From the NCBI RefSeq assembly GCF_001194135.2, contig NC_068997.1, positions 15,160,654 through 15,203,828 of the forward strand: a stretch of 43,175 nucleotides of DNA, in the 5' to 3' direction. Within the stretch, counting starts at the first letter, position 1. Every line of letters begins with the position of its first letter. Of this stretch, positions 22,105 through 34,882 are shown one piece after another. Position numbers and translations under genes: made by a program. The notes under the pieces are model-generated. The model was not told where the DNA came from, ran no database searches, and worked only from the letters and a program-made list of their open reading frames with translations. The DNA comes from Octopus bimaculoides (lineage: Eukaryota).

Positions 22105-23359
22105 NNNNNNNNNNNNNNNNNNNNNNNNNNNNNNNNNNNNNNNNNNNNNNNNNNNNNNNNNNNNNNNNNNNNNNNNNNNNNNNNNNNNNNNNNNNNNNNN
22201 NNNNNNNNNNNNNNNNNNNNNNNNNNNNNNNNNNNNNNNNNNNNNNNNNNNNNNNNNNNNNNNNNNNNNNNNNNNNNNNNNNNNNNNNNNNNNNNNNNNN
22301 NNNNNNNNNNNNNNNNNNNNNNNNNNNNNNNNNNNNNNNNNNNNNNNNNNNNNNNNNNNNNNNNNNNNNNNNNNNNNNNNNNNNNNNNNNNNNNNNNNNN
22401 NNNNNNNNNNNNNNNNNNNNNNNNNNNNNNNNNNNNNNNNNNNNNNNNNNNNNNNNNNNNNNNNNNNNNNNNNNNNNNNNNNNNNNNNNNNNNNNNNNNN
22501 NNNNNNNNNNNNNNNNNNNNNNNNNNNNNNNNNNNNNNNNNNNNNNNNNNNNNNNNNNNNNNNNNNNNNNNNNNNNNNNNNNNNNNNNNNNNNNNNNNNN
22601 NNNNNNNNNNNNNNNNNNNNNNNNNNNNNNNNNNNNNNNNNNNNNNNNNNNNNNNNNNNNNNNNNNNNNNNNNNNNNNNNNNNNNNNNNNNNNNNNNNNN
22701 NNNNNNNNNNNNNNNNNNNNNNNNNNNNNNNNNNNNNNNNNNNNNNNNNNNNNNNNNNNNNNNNNNNNNNNNNNNNNNNNNNNNNNNNNNNNNNNNNNNN
22801 NNNNNNNNNNNNNNNNNNNNNNNNNNNNNNNNNNNNNNNNNNNNNNNNNNNNNNNNNNNNNNNNNNNNNNNNNNNNNNNNNNNNNNNNNNNNNNNNNNNN
22901 NNNNNNNNNNNNNNNNNNNNNNNNNNNNNNNNNNNNNNNNNNNNNNNNNNNNNNNNNNNNNNNNNNNNNNNNNNNNNNNNNNNNNNNNNNNNNNNNNNNN
23001 NNNNNNNNNNNNNNNNNNNNNNNNNNNNNNNNNNNNNNNNNNNNNNNNNNNNNNNAACCTTCTCTCTTCCTCCTTGGTGCATATTTCCCACCCACTCCCC
23101 ATCGACTGTACCCCCAAATACCTTACCACACCCACCAACCATATAGCTAATAATTTTTAACTTTCACATCTATTTCATTGAATTTATAAAATATTTCATT
23201 TTGTTTGTTGTTGTAATCATTGTTGTTGTCTTTCATTTTTTGTTGTTAATTTACCATCTCTCTCTGCCCTTCCCCTCCCCTTCATCTTCCTCTTATCTCT
23301 GAGTCAGTATCTCACACTTTCTCACATTGCTATCTCATTCTTTCTCTCCCCCCTCTCTC

Positions 23360-23697
23360 TCTCTCTCTCTCCCTCTCTCATCCCTCCTGTATACATGTGT
23401 GTGTGTATGTGTGTGTTTTTGTAAGTATGCATATTTCAATCACGTGTTCTCAGTCCCCTCATTATACTTTCACACTCCATCAAATTAAAGTAGCTTATAC
23501 ACTGAACTCACCTGTATTATCAAAATTTATTCCCTTTCTTTCAAATATATTTAGATGCGTATCTAGTTAGTGTGCATGCATTCATAATACCTATATCATA
23601 AACATATATATGCATAAATATATATAAATATATATATACATACATATATATATATATATATATACATACGTGTGAGTATATGTATGTGTGTATGTCA

Positions 23698-23729
<32 letters not shown>

Positions 23730-24125
23730 GCCTATATGTATATAGATATAGATATAGATATACACATGCACACACACACTCACACTCATGCACACACACA
23801 CACACACACACAGTCAGCATTCATGTATATAAATGAAATACATGTATAGAAGTATGTGTACATGTATGTATTTATTTATGTATATGCATGTTTCTGTATG
23901 TATGCATGTGTGTGTGCACTTTTGTGTATGTATATGTATTCATATATATATATATGTTTTTATATATATANNNNNNNNNNNNNNNNNNNNNNNNNNNNNN
24001 NNNNNNNNNNNNNNNNNNNNNNNNNNNNNNNNNNNNNNNNNNNNNNNNNNNNNNNNNNNNNNNNNNNNNNNNNNNNNNNNNNNNNNNNNNNNNNNNNNAT
24101 ATATATATATATATATATATACACT
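23360..24125. repeat. Compound (CT)/(TA)/(CA) microsatellite block with a gap
   Basis: Direct reading. Confidence 0.9.
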
Positions 24126-24532
24126 TTTACATTCATCATAGTGTCATCATTATCATCATCATCCTCATTGCTGACATCATTATGATTGTCATCATCTTTG
24201 TCATTGTCGTTGTCATCGTCGTCATCATCATCATCATCATCACCAGCTCCATCAGCAGCGGTAGCAGCAGTAGTAGCAGCCATATCATTTTGTCTTCGTT
24301 TTTTGATGCTGAGATGGACAACCTAGTTTCTTACTATCCACAACAACTCGGACATGCAACAGTATTGTAGACCAGTCATCATTGGCTTCGTATTTAGCTC
24401 ATAAATTGGATCGGATGTGTTTTATCATTCCACTCACATGAGAGATATTGTCCCATGTAGAAGGACCAAACCATCTTCTCAAATATTTTCCAGTTCTTAT
24501 TTGGAGTTACTGCTCTTTGACATTCTCTAAAG

Positions 24533-24817
24533 CAGTGCTTCTCAAACTATCTGATGTAGTGTACCGGCAGTATTTTTTTTCCAATGTGCCAGCTAATATT
24601 TCTTAGTAGTATTAATTTATACTGGAAACAATATATTTAATGAATATAATAAAAACTGACAATTTTTTTTATCTTATATTTATTTTGTAAACAAATAATA
24701 CAATATTACAGAAGCATTTTATAAGCATTTTACAAGAATTTTATAATGTTTCTTTCTTTTCTGGTAAATTGCCATGTACCGGCACTCGTCTGCAGACCAC
24801 CACTTTGAGTAGCACTG
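24533..24817. mobile_element. hAT (Charlie-like) MITE, 285 bp, 8-bp TSD
   Basis: TIRs CAGTGCTTCTCAAA and TTTGAGTAGCACTG (13/14 match). Perfect TSD CTCTAAAG at 24525-24532 and 24818-24825. AT-rich interior. Confidence 0.93.
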
Positions 24818-25474
24818 CTCTAAAGCACCATCCCTTCATGCGAATTTCAAAATTTCTTGGGTAACTTTTGCATTCTGAGTTAGACAAAAGGTTTATCACC
24901 AATGCAGAGCAGAGGAGCATCTTCATGGTACTAGGCTATAATTTAATTACCTAGTATATTCATATATTTTTTAGGATCACCCAGCAGTAAAACCATGTCT
25001 CTGCTTGATGACTCTATGGGGGTACTCTATGTAGCTATAAGACGTGGGTAACTTTATTGTAGTGGTCAAAAGTTGTCTATATGATATAAATTTAGGCTGT
25101 CTTCATAGCCATGGGATTGGTAGTTGCTATACACTTTAACTTAGATGTCAAAATTGCAATGATATTTGGTTGGCAGCTGATGAGGAGTTGAGCATGTCTA
25201 CATTCACAGTATGTGTGTCTGTGTGTGTTTCTCTGTTTTTCTGTAAATTGCATCATCATCAGCTTGTGCCATGTTTTCATTGTGATAGTCTACCATGATG
25301 GCTGTCTCCTTCATGTTGCTAATGGAAGCTCTAATCAGGGTGTGAGGTGTGAGAGTAATGTAGTAATCTAAATTAAAAAGTACTGGCTGTTAGAACAGAG
25401 TTCATGGGTGGAATAAGAGCAGCTGTACCAAATGTCACTAGTGAAATATTCTGCCTTGTTACTCAATCATTGAT

Positions 25475-25565
25475 ATCATCATCATTTAATATCTGCTTTT
25501 CCATGCTTGCATGGGTCAGATGGAATATATTAAGGCAGACGGATGCCTTTCCTGCCACCAACCCT
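25475..25565 (-). mobile_element. Family F-related 3' end
   Basis: catcatttaat..gcttttccatgcttgcatggg..ggatgcctttcctgccaccaacc matches the family F tail and an upstream motif. Confidence 0.65.
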
Positions 25566-25898
25566 CATTTGTTTCCATGCAAGGTTATATTTACCTATGA
25601 TCAGTTATGTTTTTCACTGAGGACTGGATATGAGCAACATTACTTGCATGTTGGTGATGGTCATTTTCAACCATCACATGACATCAAGACAAGAGTGCAA
25701 CATCATATGTTTGTTGTTTTCCCTGAAAATATGTTGAGTCCATTGGAGATGAGAAATCTAAATTTTAAACCATCAACTTTGCAGGGGAGATGATGCAAGA
25801 ACCTCAAAGCATCGAAGGAGCCTGTATGTTGTCAGTCAACCTGCTAGAAAAATCAACATCATCATCACCATCCCACAAATATTAGGATGGCAAATTTA

Positions 25899-26410
25899 AG
25901 GTAGCAAACTGGCAAAATCATTTGGTTCATTTTATGTTTTGAGTTCAAATTCTGCTGAGGTTAGTTCTGCCTTTTGTCCCTATTGGGTCAATAAAATAAT
26001 TACCTGTTAAATACTAGGTAGCGGGGGCTCTGAAAAGGGTCTCAGAGAGTAGCATCCCTGCCTTTCTGAGCTAGTTTTCCACCACATTTCTTAAAACTCA
26101 TGGCATAGGCCTTGGTCTCAGGACTACTCACGTCTAGAAACTGAGGTTGGGGGTAAGCAAGGGCATGCTCCCCAGCTATGCAAAGCCTCATGATAGCAAA
26201 GGAGAATGGGCACCAGCCAGCCCACCCAAAGGTTGGGGTGGGCTGCACCTGCCTACCTCGGTTGCTATGGCATTGAGGTAGATCTGGCCACCCTCGTTAA
26301 TGGAGACAAAACCCAGATTTAAAACACTGGATGATAAATACTAGGGGGTCGATGTAACTGGTTTACTCCTCCCCTAAAATTGCTGGCCCTGTGCTAAAAT
26401 TTTAAACCAA
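25899..26410 (+). mobile_element. SINE family D split by a nested insertion
   Basis: 5' part 25899-26018 and 3' part 26346-26410 join into one element once the TSD-flanked insert is removed. The 5' end matches 39099-39140 and the middle matches 15718-15787. Confidence 0.7.
26019..26334. mobile_element. Unclassified 316-bp GC-rich insertion with an 11-bp TSD
   Basis: TAAATACTAGG at 26008-26018 and 26335-26345. No TIR and no poly(A). Confidence 0.85.
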
Positions 26411-26489
26411 TATTAGGGTGGGGAATTAGCAGAGGGATCAGAGCAGTAGACAGATTGCTCTGCAGAACCCTGCAGTTATCATTTCAGCT

Positions 26490-26940
26490 CTACCCAACAA
26501 CAACAACAAGCACCACCACAACCTCCTACCGATGTCAATACCAATCTCAACATCACCATCACCACTACCACCACTGCGGCTGCCACCTCCATGCCTCCAC
26601 CGCTGCCGTCACCACCACCACCAGTATCATTATTACCACCATCACTATTAAGATTACTGATAACACCACTCCCAACATCATTACCACCACCACACTACAA
26701 CCACCACCACCACCACCACCACTACCACCACTACTATCAACTACACGATCAATACCATCACTACAAACACAACCAACAACGACGCTGCCACAACCACCAT
26801 CAGTAACAGCATCACAATCATCACCATCATCATCATCATCACCGCAACCTCTACCACCACCACCACCACTAAAATCAACACCTCGACATCGTTCTCACCT
26901 ACCACCTTCACCCACCCACCCATCCATTCATCATACATTT
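26490..26940. repeat. (CAC/CAT/CAA)n low-complexity block
   Basis: Direct reading. Confidence 0.9.
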
Positions 26941-27430
26941 GTATTAATTACCACATGTTGTTTAATTGCAGTTTCTGGCTTAAGTCATATAAAAATCTGT
27001 ATTTTTCAATATACTCTGACGGCATGGATACATGTGTGTATGTAGAGTGTGTGTGTGTGCGTGTTTGTGTGTGTGTGTTTGTGTGTGTGTGTGTATGTGT
27101 GTGTGTGTGTGTGTGTGTGTTTCTGAGCGAGTTGGCAAAGTCTAGCTAATGTACACGTGCAGTGTAGGTGAAAACATATGTGCCGATCACGTAGGTAGCT
27201 TACACTCTCATCTTTCCTCCCCTCAGCCTCTCAGTCTGGGTGAATGCGCGCGCGCGTGTGTGTGTGTGTGTGCGTGTGTGTGTGTGTGTGTTCAGATATG
27301 CATAAACACACATATAATGATTTATACGTGTGTGGGTATGTGTGTATGTGTGTTTCGACGTGTGTGTGTGTATGTGTGTTTGTATGTGTGTGTAAATTAA
27401 TTCACTCTCACACATATATGTATGTATACA

Positions 27431-27452
27431 GATAGATAGATAACTAGCTAGC

Positions 27453-27547
<95 letters not shown>

Positions 27548-27590
27548 GAGATGGATAGATAGATAGATAGACAGATAAATAGATAAATAG
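27431..27590. repeat. (GATA)n/(GA)n microsatellite
   Basis: Direct reading. Confidence 0.95.
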
Positions 27591-27770
27591 ATAAATATAC
27601 AAACATTTATATCTGTGTGTGTATGTATGCGTTTATATGAGTTTGTGTGTGTGTGTGTGTGTGTGCGTGTGTGTGTGTGCAAGTATACAAATATATGTTT
27701 GTGTACGAATCTATCTCTCTATCTATCTGCATACATACATATATATACATGTATGTGTGCATGTTTCTAC

Positions 27771-27843
<73 letters not shown>

Positions 27844-27932
27844 NNNNNNNNNNNNNNNNNNNNNNNNNNNNNNNNNNNNNNNNNNNNNNNNNNNNNNNNN
27901 NNNNNNNNNNNNNNNNNNNNNNNNNNNNNNNN

Positions 27933-27971
<39 letters not shown>

Positions 27972-28214
27972 TGTACTATGTCTGTGGTCTGTGGGTCTTG
28001 TGGTTTAATTACATAAACACTGATGTGCTCAATACATACTTGTGGTAAGCCGTGTAGAGTACATCAGGTGTGTATATCTCTCTGATGATGATGGCTATAT
28101 AATTAAAACCATACCAAGCTTTATGATTGGTTGGATGTGAGAAATCTTTAATGAATGTGAAGCCAAGTTATACATAGATGCGGAGAGAGACTCACACAGT
28201 CATTTATCATTTAA

Positions 28215-28890
28215 TCATACATCTCGTTATCACCTTTTCTCTCTCTCTTTCTCACTCTCTATCTCTCTCTCTCACTTTTTCTCTCTTACTCACTCTCTCT
28301 CTCTATGTTTCTCTTTCTTTGTCTCTCTCTCTTTTTGCCTCTCTTTTTCTGCTTTGCTCTCTCTCTCTTTCTATCTCTCTCTCTCTCTCTCTCTCTCTCC
28401 CTCTTTTTCTTTGCTTCTCTTTCTCTACTGCTCTCTCTCTCTCTCTCCCTCTTTTTCTTTGCTTCTCTTTCTCTACTGCTCTCTCTCTCTCTCTCCCTCT
28501 TTTTCTTTGCTTCTCTTTCTCTACTGCTCTCTCTCTCTCTCTTTCTCTTTGTCTCTCTTCCTCTGTTTCATTCTCTCTCTCTCACTTTCTCTTTCCCTGC
28601 CTCTCTCCCTCTTAGCCTCTCTTTCGCTACCTCTCTCTTTTTCTGCTTCTCTCTCTTTCTCTTTCTCTGCCTCTCTTTTTTGTCTTTCTCTGTTTCTATT
28701 TCTTTCACTCTCTACCTCTTTGTTTCTCTCTCTTTTTTGTCTCAGTCTCTGTCTGTCTCTCTCTCACTCACTTCTCTCTCTCACTCTCTCCCTCTCTCTC
28801 TTCCACTCTCTCTCACTCTCTCCCTCTCTCTCTTCCACTCTCTCTCACTCTCTCCCTCTCTCTCTTCCACTCTCTCTCACTCTCAGTCTC
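28215..28890. repeat. Polypyrimidine (CT-rich) tract with 48-bp and 32-bp higher-order units
   Basis: actg marker recurs at 28427, 28475 and 28523; ttccac recurs at 28801, 28833 and 28865. Confidence 0.9.
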
Positions 28891-29508
28891 TAGAAGCAGA
28901 ATCTCTCTAGGATGATGGCAAATGGCTACAAGGAATGGCAACATACGAACTCTGGACAAAACACACTCACTATTGAGCAAGTTTAGCCAAAATATACTAA
29001 CAGGGACCGGGATGCTCTTGCTGCAGCTCACCTGCAGCTTCTGCCCTGCCTTTCAACACCTTTCATCCTTTGTTTCCCACCACACCCACGCTTCTCTTTC
29101 TTTATCATTTCTCTTCAGCCTCCCCATCTTTTTATCCTCTGCCTTACTTCTTGCCCATCCACCATTCTTTCTTTCTCTCTCTGAATTTGCTCACAGCTCA
29201 AGACTCTGCATAGTCTTACCTAATATTCACTATTTTTTCTACCTTCATTCTTCTATGGTATTCTCCAGCTGCTCTATCACCCTCTGCATTCAACCACTGC
29301 ATCCCCAGCCTCTGCCTTGTTTGGGCCTCACGGAAGCAAAGTGGCTGAGTTCCTTTTGAGCGATGGGCCCTCATATATTGAGAGAATATGAACCCTGACC
29401 TTTCAAATTTCTTCTCTCTTTCTTGGATTTATATTCCTGAGGCCCTATCAGAGCACTAATTAGTTGTGCTGTATAAGGGGATAATTATCCCATTTATTTC
29501 TTCATTAT

Positions 29509-29551
<43 letters not shown>

Positions 29552-30687
29552 ATAATATTAGGGACAAAATCCAAAATTACAGGTAAAAACTCATTTAAAA
29601 TCAATTTATAAAAAATTAAAATTAAATTGAGCTTTATAGATTATAATATATAAAAATATATAGTTTTAGGGAAAAGAACCAAGTTTCAAGAACTCATCGA
29701 TGAAAATCCACTATCACATATAAAAAAATTAATAATTAAAAGCACAATAAATGAGTATAANNNNNNNNNNNNNNNNNNNNNNNNNNNNNNNNNNNNNNNN
29801 NNNNNNNNNNNNNNNNNNNNNNNNNNNNNNNNNNNNNNNNNNNNNNNNNNNNNNNNNNNNNNNNNNNNNNNNNNNNNNNNNNNNNNNNNNNNNNNNNNNN
29901 NNNNNNNNNNNNNNNNNNNNNNNNNNNNNNNNNNNNNNNNNNNNNNNNNNNNNNNNNNNNNNNNNNNNNNNNNNNNNNNNNNNNNNNNNNNNNNNNNNNN
30001 NNNNNNNNNNNNNNNNNNNNNNNNNNNNNNNNNNNNNNNNNNNNNNNNNNNNNNNNNNNNNNNNNNNNNNNNNNNNNNNNNNNNNNNNNNNNNNNNNNNN
30101 NNNNNNNNNNNNNNNNNNNNNNNNNNNNNNNNNNNNNNNNNNNNNNNNNNNNNNNNNNNNNNNNNNNNNNNNNNNNNNNNNNNNNNNNNNNNNNNNNNNN
30201 NNNNNNNNNNNNNNNNNNNNNNNNNNNNNNNNNNNNNNNNNNNNNNNNNNNNNNNNNNNNNNNNNNNNNNNNNNNNNNNNNNNNNNNNNNNNNNNNNNNN
30301 NNNNNNNNNNNNNNNNNNNNNNNNNNNNNNNNNNNNNNNNNNNNNNNNNNNNNNNNNNNNNNNNNNNNNNNNNNNNNNNNNNNNNNNNNNNNNNNNNNNN
30401 NNNNNNNNNNNNNNNNNNNNNNNNNNNNNNNNNNNNNNNNNNNNNNNNNNNNNNNNNNNNNNNNNNNNNNNNNNNNNNNNNNNNNNNNNNNNNNNNNNNN
30501 NNNNNNNNNNNNNNNNNNNNNNNNNNNNNNNNNNNNNNNNNNNNNNNNNNNNNNNNNNNNNNNNNNNNNNNNNNNNNNNNNNNNNNNNTGTGTGTGTGTG
30601 TGTGTGAATGTGTGTGGGTGCTGTGTGTGAGCGTGTGCGCTCATGTGTGGGGGTGCGTATGTATGTATGTATGTCGTTGGTGTTGTT

Positions 30688-30870
30688 AGCACTCCGTCGC
30701 TTACGACATCGAGGGTTCCAGTTGATCCGATCAACGGAACAGCCTGCTCGTGAAATTAACGTGCAAGTGGCTGAGCACTCCACAGACACGTGCACCCTTA
30801 ACGTAGTTCTCGGGGATATTCAGGAAATTGAACTCACGACCTTACGACCGTGAGCCAAATATCCCAGCCA
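30688..30870 (-). mobile_element. SINE family B with the central core deleted (head fused to tail)
   Basis: Head 30824-30870 (ggctcacggtcgtaaggtcgtgagttcaatttcc) joins directly to the tail 30688-30823. CpG-rich. Confidence 0.85.
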
Positions 30871-31224
30871 TATATATCTTGCATTTTCCTTGAGCATGGA
30901 TCTAATTCTAATAGAATTGTATAGCTAAAGTATCCACACACACAAGACTGTCATCATTGAACATATAAATAGCACAAGAAAGTTTAATAAGGTTACTGCA
31001 TTTTAAGAATCAATTATTCTTTGACAAACTTGTCAAAAAGCACTTCTCTGCATTTCTTGAGAAGTTTTTCCATGTAGTAAGTTAAGTTTAACCAAAATCT
31101 TTCCATTTCATTCCAAGTCTTATATGCATTAAATGAAAGACCAAAACTACGAAGTTCCTACAGGCATACTTATAAATATTTAATTCATAATTTTTTTCTG
31201 TTTTTTCCTTAATTTATCTTCTGT

Positions 31225-31450
31225 CTTTTACTTGTTTCAATCATTTAGGTTGTGGCCATGCTAGGGCACAACCTTGAAAAGTGTTAGTCAAATTCATCGA
31301 TACCCGTACTTATTTTTTTTTAAAGCCTGGTACTTATTCTGTTGGTGTCCTTTGTTGGACAGCTAAGTTATGAAGAAGAATACACACCGACACACTTTGC
31401 CAAATGGTGGGGAGAGGTAGACACGCGCACACGTGCCCATACACACATAT
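31225..31450 (-). mobile_element. Decayed SINE family A-type 3' half
   Basis: cttttacttgtttcaatcatt..gtggccatgct..aagcctggtacttattct..gctaagtta matches family A. Confidence 0.7.
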
Positions 31451-33004
31451 ATATGTATGTATATGTTTCTGTGTATAAATGAAAGGAAATAGCACTTAGT
31501 TCAATCAGCAGAGCTTATAAATATAATTAAACAGCCGGTGTTTAATTATTCCACTAGCTGATAATGAATAGCTAATGAAGTTTCCCAAATACGCAAATAG
31601 AGTAAACCAGGGATCTTTCAGATTCAATTCTTAAGCACATATTTATCTCCTAGTGCCCGACTGCATTGATCCGCAACAGCGTTAAGTAATATTGGTTCAT
31701 ATTGGTTGGTCAATAACGAAGGTGATGTCGCTTTTGGCTCAAATATATTAGGAAGAAAATTACCCAACCAGTATGAATATTCATATATAAGACTAGGTAC
31801 TCTGTGTGATTTCTAATCGATAACTTGGGGAAATTGTGGTGCTTATCTTGAGATGTGTAATAGGCAAAAAGATCTCTAGAAGAAACGCTCTTCTGGGGCG
31901 ACAGCTAGCGATTACCTCGGACTTTCTATTGAAGAATATCACAAGCTAGTTTAGTATTCGTAACTTTTCAGGTTTACAAAGCCTACAGTAACACAATACG
32001 TTTCAATACTGACTGAATCTGTTCATAATATCCTAAGTTATTACTGTACAGTGTTGTCCTTGGTTCTTGCTCTATCAGATAATTCGGGACAATGACATGG
32101 AATTTCCATGTTCAGAGATCTAGCTGAGTATAGATGTTGATTGCCACCTCCTTTGAAGTCATTTGTGAGGTGTGCCATTACTCAGACATTCATTTTGTGA
32201 TTATTTCCGAAGAGGATAGCATTTTTTTCTGATAAGCAGAGACTGCAAGTCATTACCGATTTCTTTGTATGGTTCTGCACAGTTCAGAATATAACAATAT
32301 TCCCGCTACACGTGTAATATCAAAATCCAATCGCTTGTTTTCCCAAAACCAAAGGAACTTTGCTAAGTATGAACCTGATTGTCAATCAGTGTTTCTAAAT
32401 GTTTACACGCGCGCACTCTCGTACGTACGTACGTATGTATGTATCTAAGTTTCTTTTATGCAGAGTTATAAAAGCAGTCAAATATAATTGAAGAATTACT
32501 CAATAATTTTAAGTAGATCCTCATATATACTTTCACAAGGAAATGGTTGGCAGTGTTTCCAAAGGTTTGTCTTAAGTGTATTCGCTAGGATAGTTCGTTT
32601 ATATGGATCTACATCGTTTAAAATATTCCATGGAGTGCCTAGATCGAATTCCTTGTATGCAAAATCTAAATAACGCTTGCAAAGTAGGTGTCTCATTGTT
32701 AATTATCCAATTCGGTTTCTTGGTGTTTACATATGATGATTGAACCTTATTTTGAACGGCTTTGCAGTAAAACTTATGTATCTTCAAATATTTGAATTGT
32801 ATTTTCTCTAACTTTATATAGACAATTTCACTCTATCATATGTAAGGAGTGATTAAGCGTTACACACATAAACACACACATATACAAAACGGATACATGT
32901 AAACGCGTGCTCATATTCACTAACACACACTCACAGATACATGTATATGTGTATGTGTGCGTGCGTGTGTGTGTGTGTGTGTGTGTCTGTCTGTCTGTAT
33001 CGTA

Positions 33005-33295
33005 GGTAAGTGTTTTCTACTATAGCCTTGGAATTTCCAAGGCATTCAGAGTATGATTGGCAAACGGGGTCTCTGCGGAGGATCATTGCATATATACACA
33101 TGCGCGTGTGTTTATGTGGTATGTTTGCAAGTGTCTGACTTTATATCTCGTGTTATAACGGTTCAGCGGAAAGATCGTTAAAATAAGCACCAGATTTATA
33201 ACTAAATAATGGGGTGAAAATAACCCACCACAATCCTTTAAGGTGCTACCGCAGCATAGCTGCAGTCCAGGGATTGGACAAGCAAAATGAAAACG
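33005..33295 (+). mobile_element. Highly decayed family A-type SINE (core to 3' end)
   Basis: aagtgttttctactatagcc at the 5' side and aaggtgctaccgcagcatagctgcagtc at the 3' side resemble family A. Confidence 0.55.
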
Positions 33296-33346
33296 GGAAA
33301 ACACAAATTATGCATACACACACACACGCACATGCGCACACACATA

Positions 33347-33384
<38 letters not shown>

Positions 33385-34357
33385 NNNNNNNNNNNNNNNN
33401 NNNNNNNNNNNNNNNNNNNNNNNNNNNNNNNNNNNNNNNNNNNNNNNNNNNNNNNNNNNNNNNNNNNNNNNNNNNNNNNNNNNNNNNNNNNNNNNNNNNN
33501 NNNNNNNNNNNNNNNNNNNNNNNNNNNNNNNNNNNNNNNNNNNNNNNNNNNNNNNNNNNNNNNNNNNNNNNNNNNNNNNNNNNNNNNNNNNNNNNNNNNN
33601 NNNNNNNNNNNNNNNNNNNNNNNNNNNNNNNNNNNNNNNNNNNNNNNNNNNNNNNNNNNNNNNNNNNNNNNNNNNNNNNNNNNNNNNNNNNNNNNNNNNN
33701 NNNNNNNNNNNNNNNNNNNNNNNNNNNNNNNNNNNNNNNNNNNNNNNNNNNNNNNNNNNNNNNNNNNNNNNNNNNNNNNNNNNNNNNNNNNNNNNNNNNN
33801 NNNNNNNNNNNNNNNNNNNNNNNNNNNNNNNNNNNNNNNNNNNNNNNNNNNNNNNNNNNNNNNNNNNNNNNNNNNNNNNNNNNNNNNNNNNNNNNNNNNN
33901 NNNNNNNNNNNNNNNNNNNNNNNNNNNNNNNNNNNNNNNNNNNNNNNNNNNNNNNNNNNNNNNNNNNNNNNNNNNNNNNNNNNNNNNNNNNNNNNNNNNN
34001 NNNNNNNNNNNNNNNNNNNNNNNNNNNNNNNNNNNNNNNNNNNNNNNNNNNNNNNNNNNNNNNNNNNNNNNNNNNNNNNNNNNNNNNNNNNNNNNNNNNN
34101 NNNNNNNNNNNNNNNNNNNNNNNNNNNNNNNNNNNNNNNNNNNNNNNNNNNNNNNNNNNNNNNNNNNNNNNNNNNNNNNNNNNNNNATTTATACACACAC
34201 ACATATATAAACGCTCATGCACACACATATGGATGGAAGCACGCATGTTGTGTGTCCATACAAATGCGCATAATAAAATCGAAAGTTTTTCCAAGAAACA
34301 GAGAAACTATCTATTTATTTCTCTCTCTCTCTCTATGTATGTATGTATGTATGTATT

Positions 34358-34405
<48 letters not shown>

Positions 34406-34882
34406 TGTGTGTGTGTGTGTGTATGTATCTTAGTCAGCATTTGTGATAGAAAGAGACGTAATACATTGAAAATCAAAGAGAGGGAACAAAAATGCATGAA
34501 TATATATCTGTATGCCTTTTGTGCGTGTGCTCGTGTGTGTGCTTACGTCTATGTGCATGTGCGTATGCGTGCACAGGTCAATATGTATATATGTATACAT
34601 ATAGGTATATGTTAGATATACGTGTGTGTACGCATGGGAGAGAATGCGTGCAGAGAAATATGGTTCTATTTTGAGGTAAACTAACCTGAGTTCCCAAAAT
34701 AGAAATATCTAAAAAGAAACAGTAGACACCAAATATTACTGGGTGGTGGTTAGAGAGAGAGAGAGAGAGAGAGAGAGGGTGAGGAGAGAGTTGGCGGAGA
34801 GAGAGTAAAGAGCGTGGTTGAGGTCGGTGGGGGGAGTGGTAGGATAGATTTTTAATGAGTTTCACAGATTTCAACACAAATA

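Noticed and set aside
25170-25200. CTGATGA hammerhead box
   Set aside because: No stem II and no downstream GAAA.
25776-25830. 39-nt candidate exon (ttgcag|gggag...gcct|gtatgt)
   Set aside because: Such AG/GT pairs are expected by chance; no supporting exons or homology.
28890-29400. 146-aa plus-strand ORF and a possible Penelope-like 3' region
   Set aside because: The ORF is driven by C/T skew; no hammerhead core or GIY-YIG motif could be fitted.
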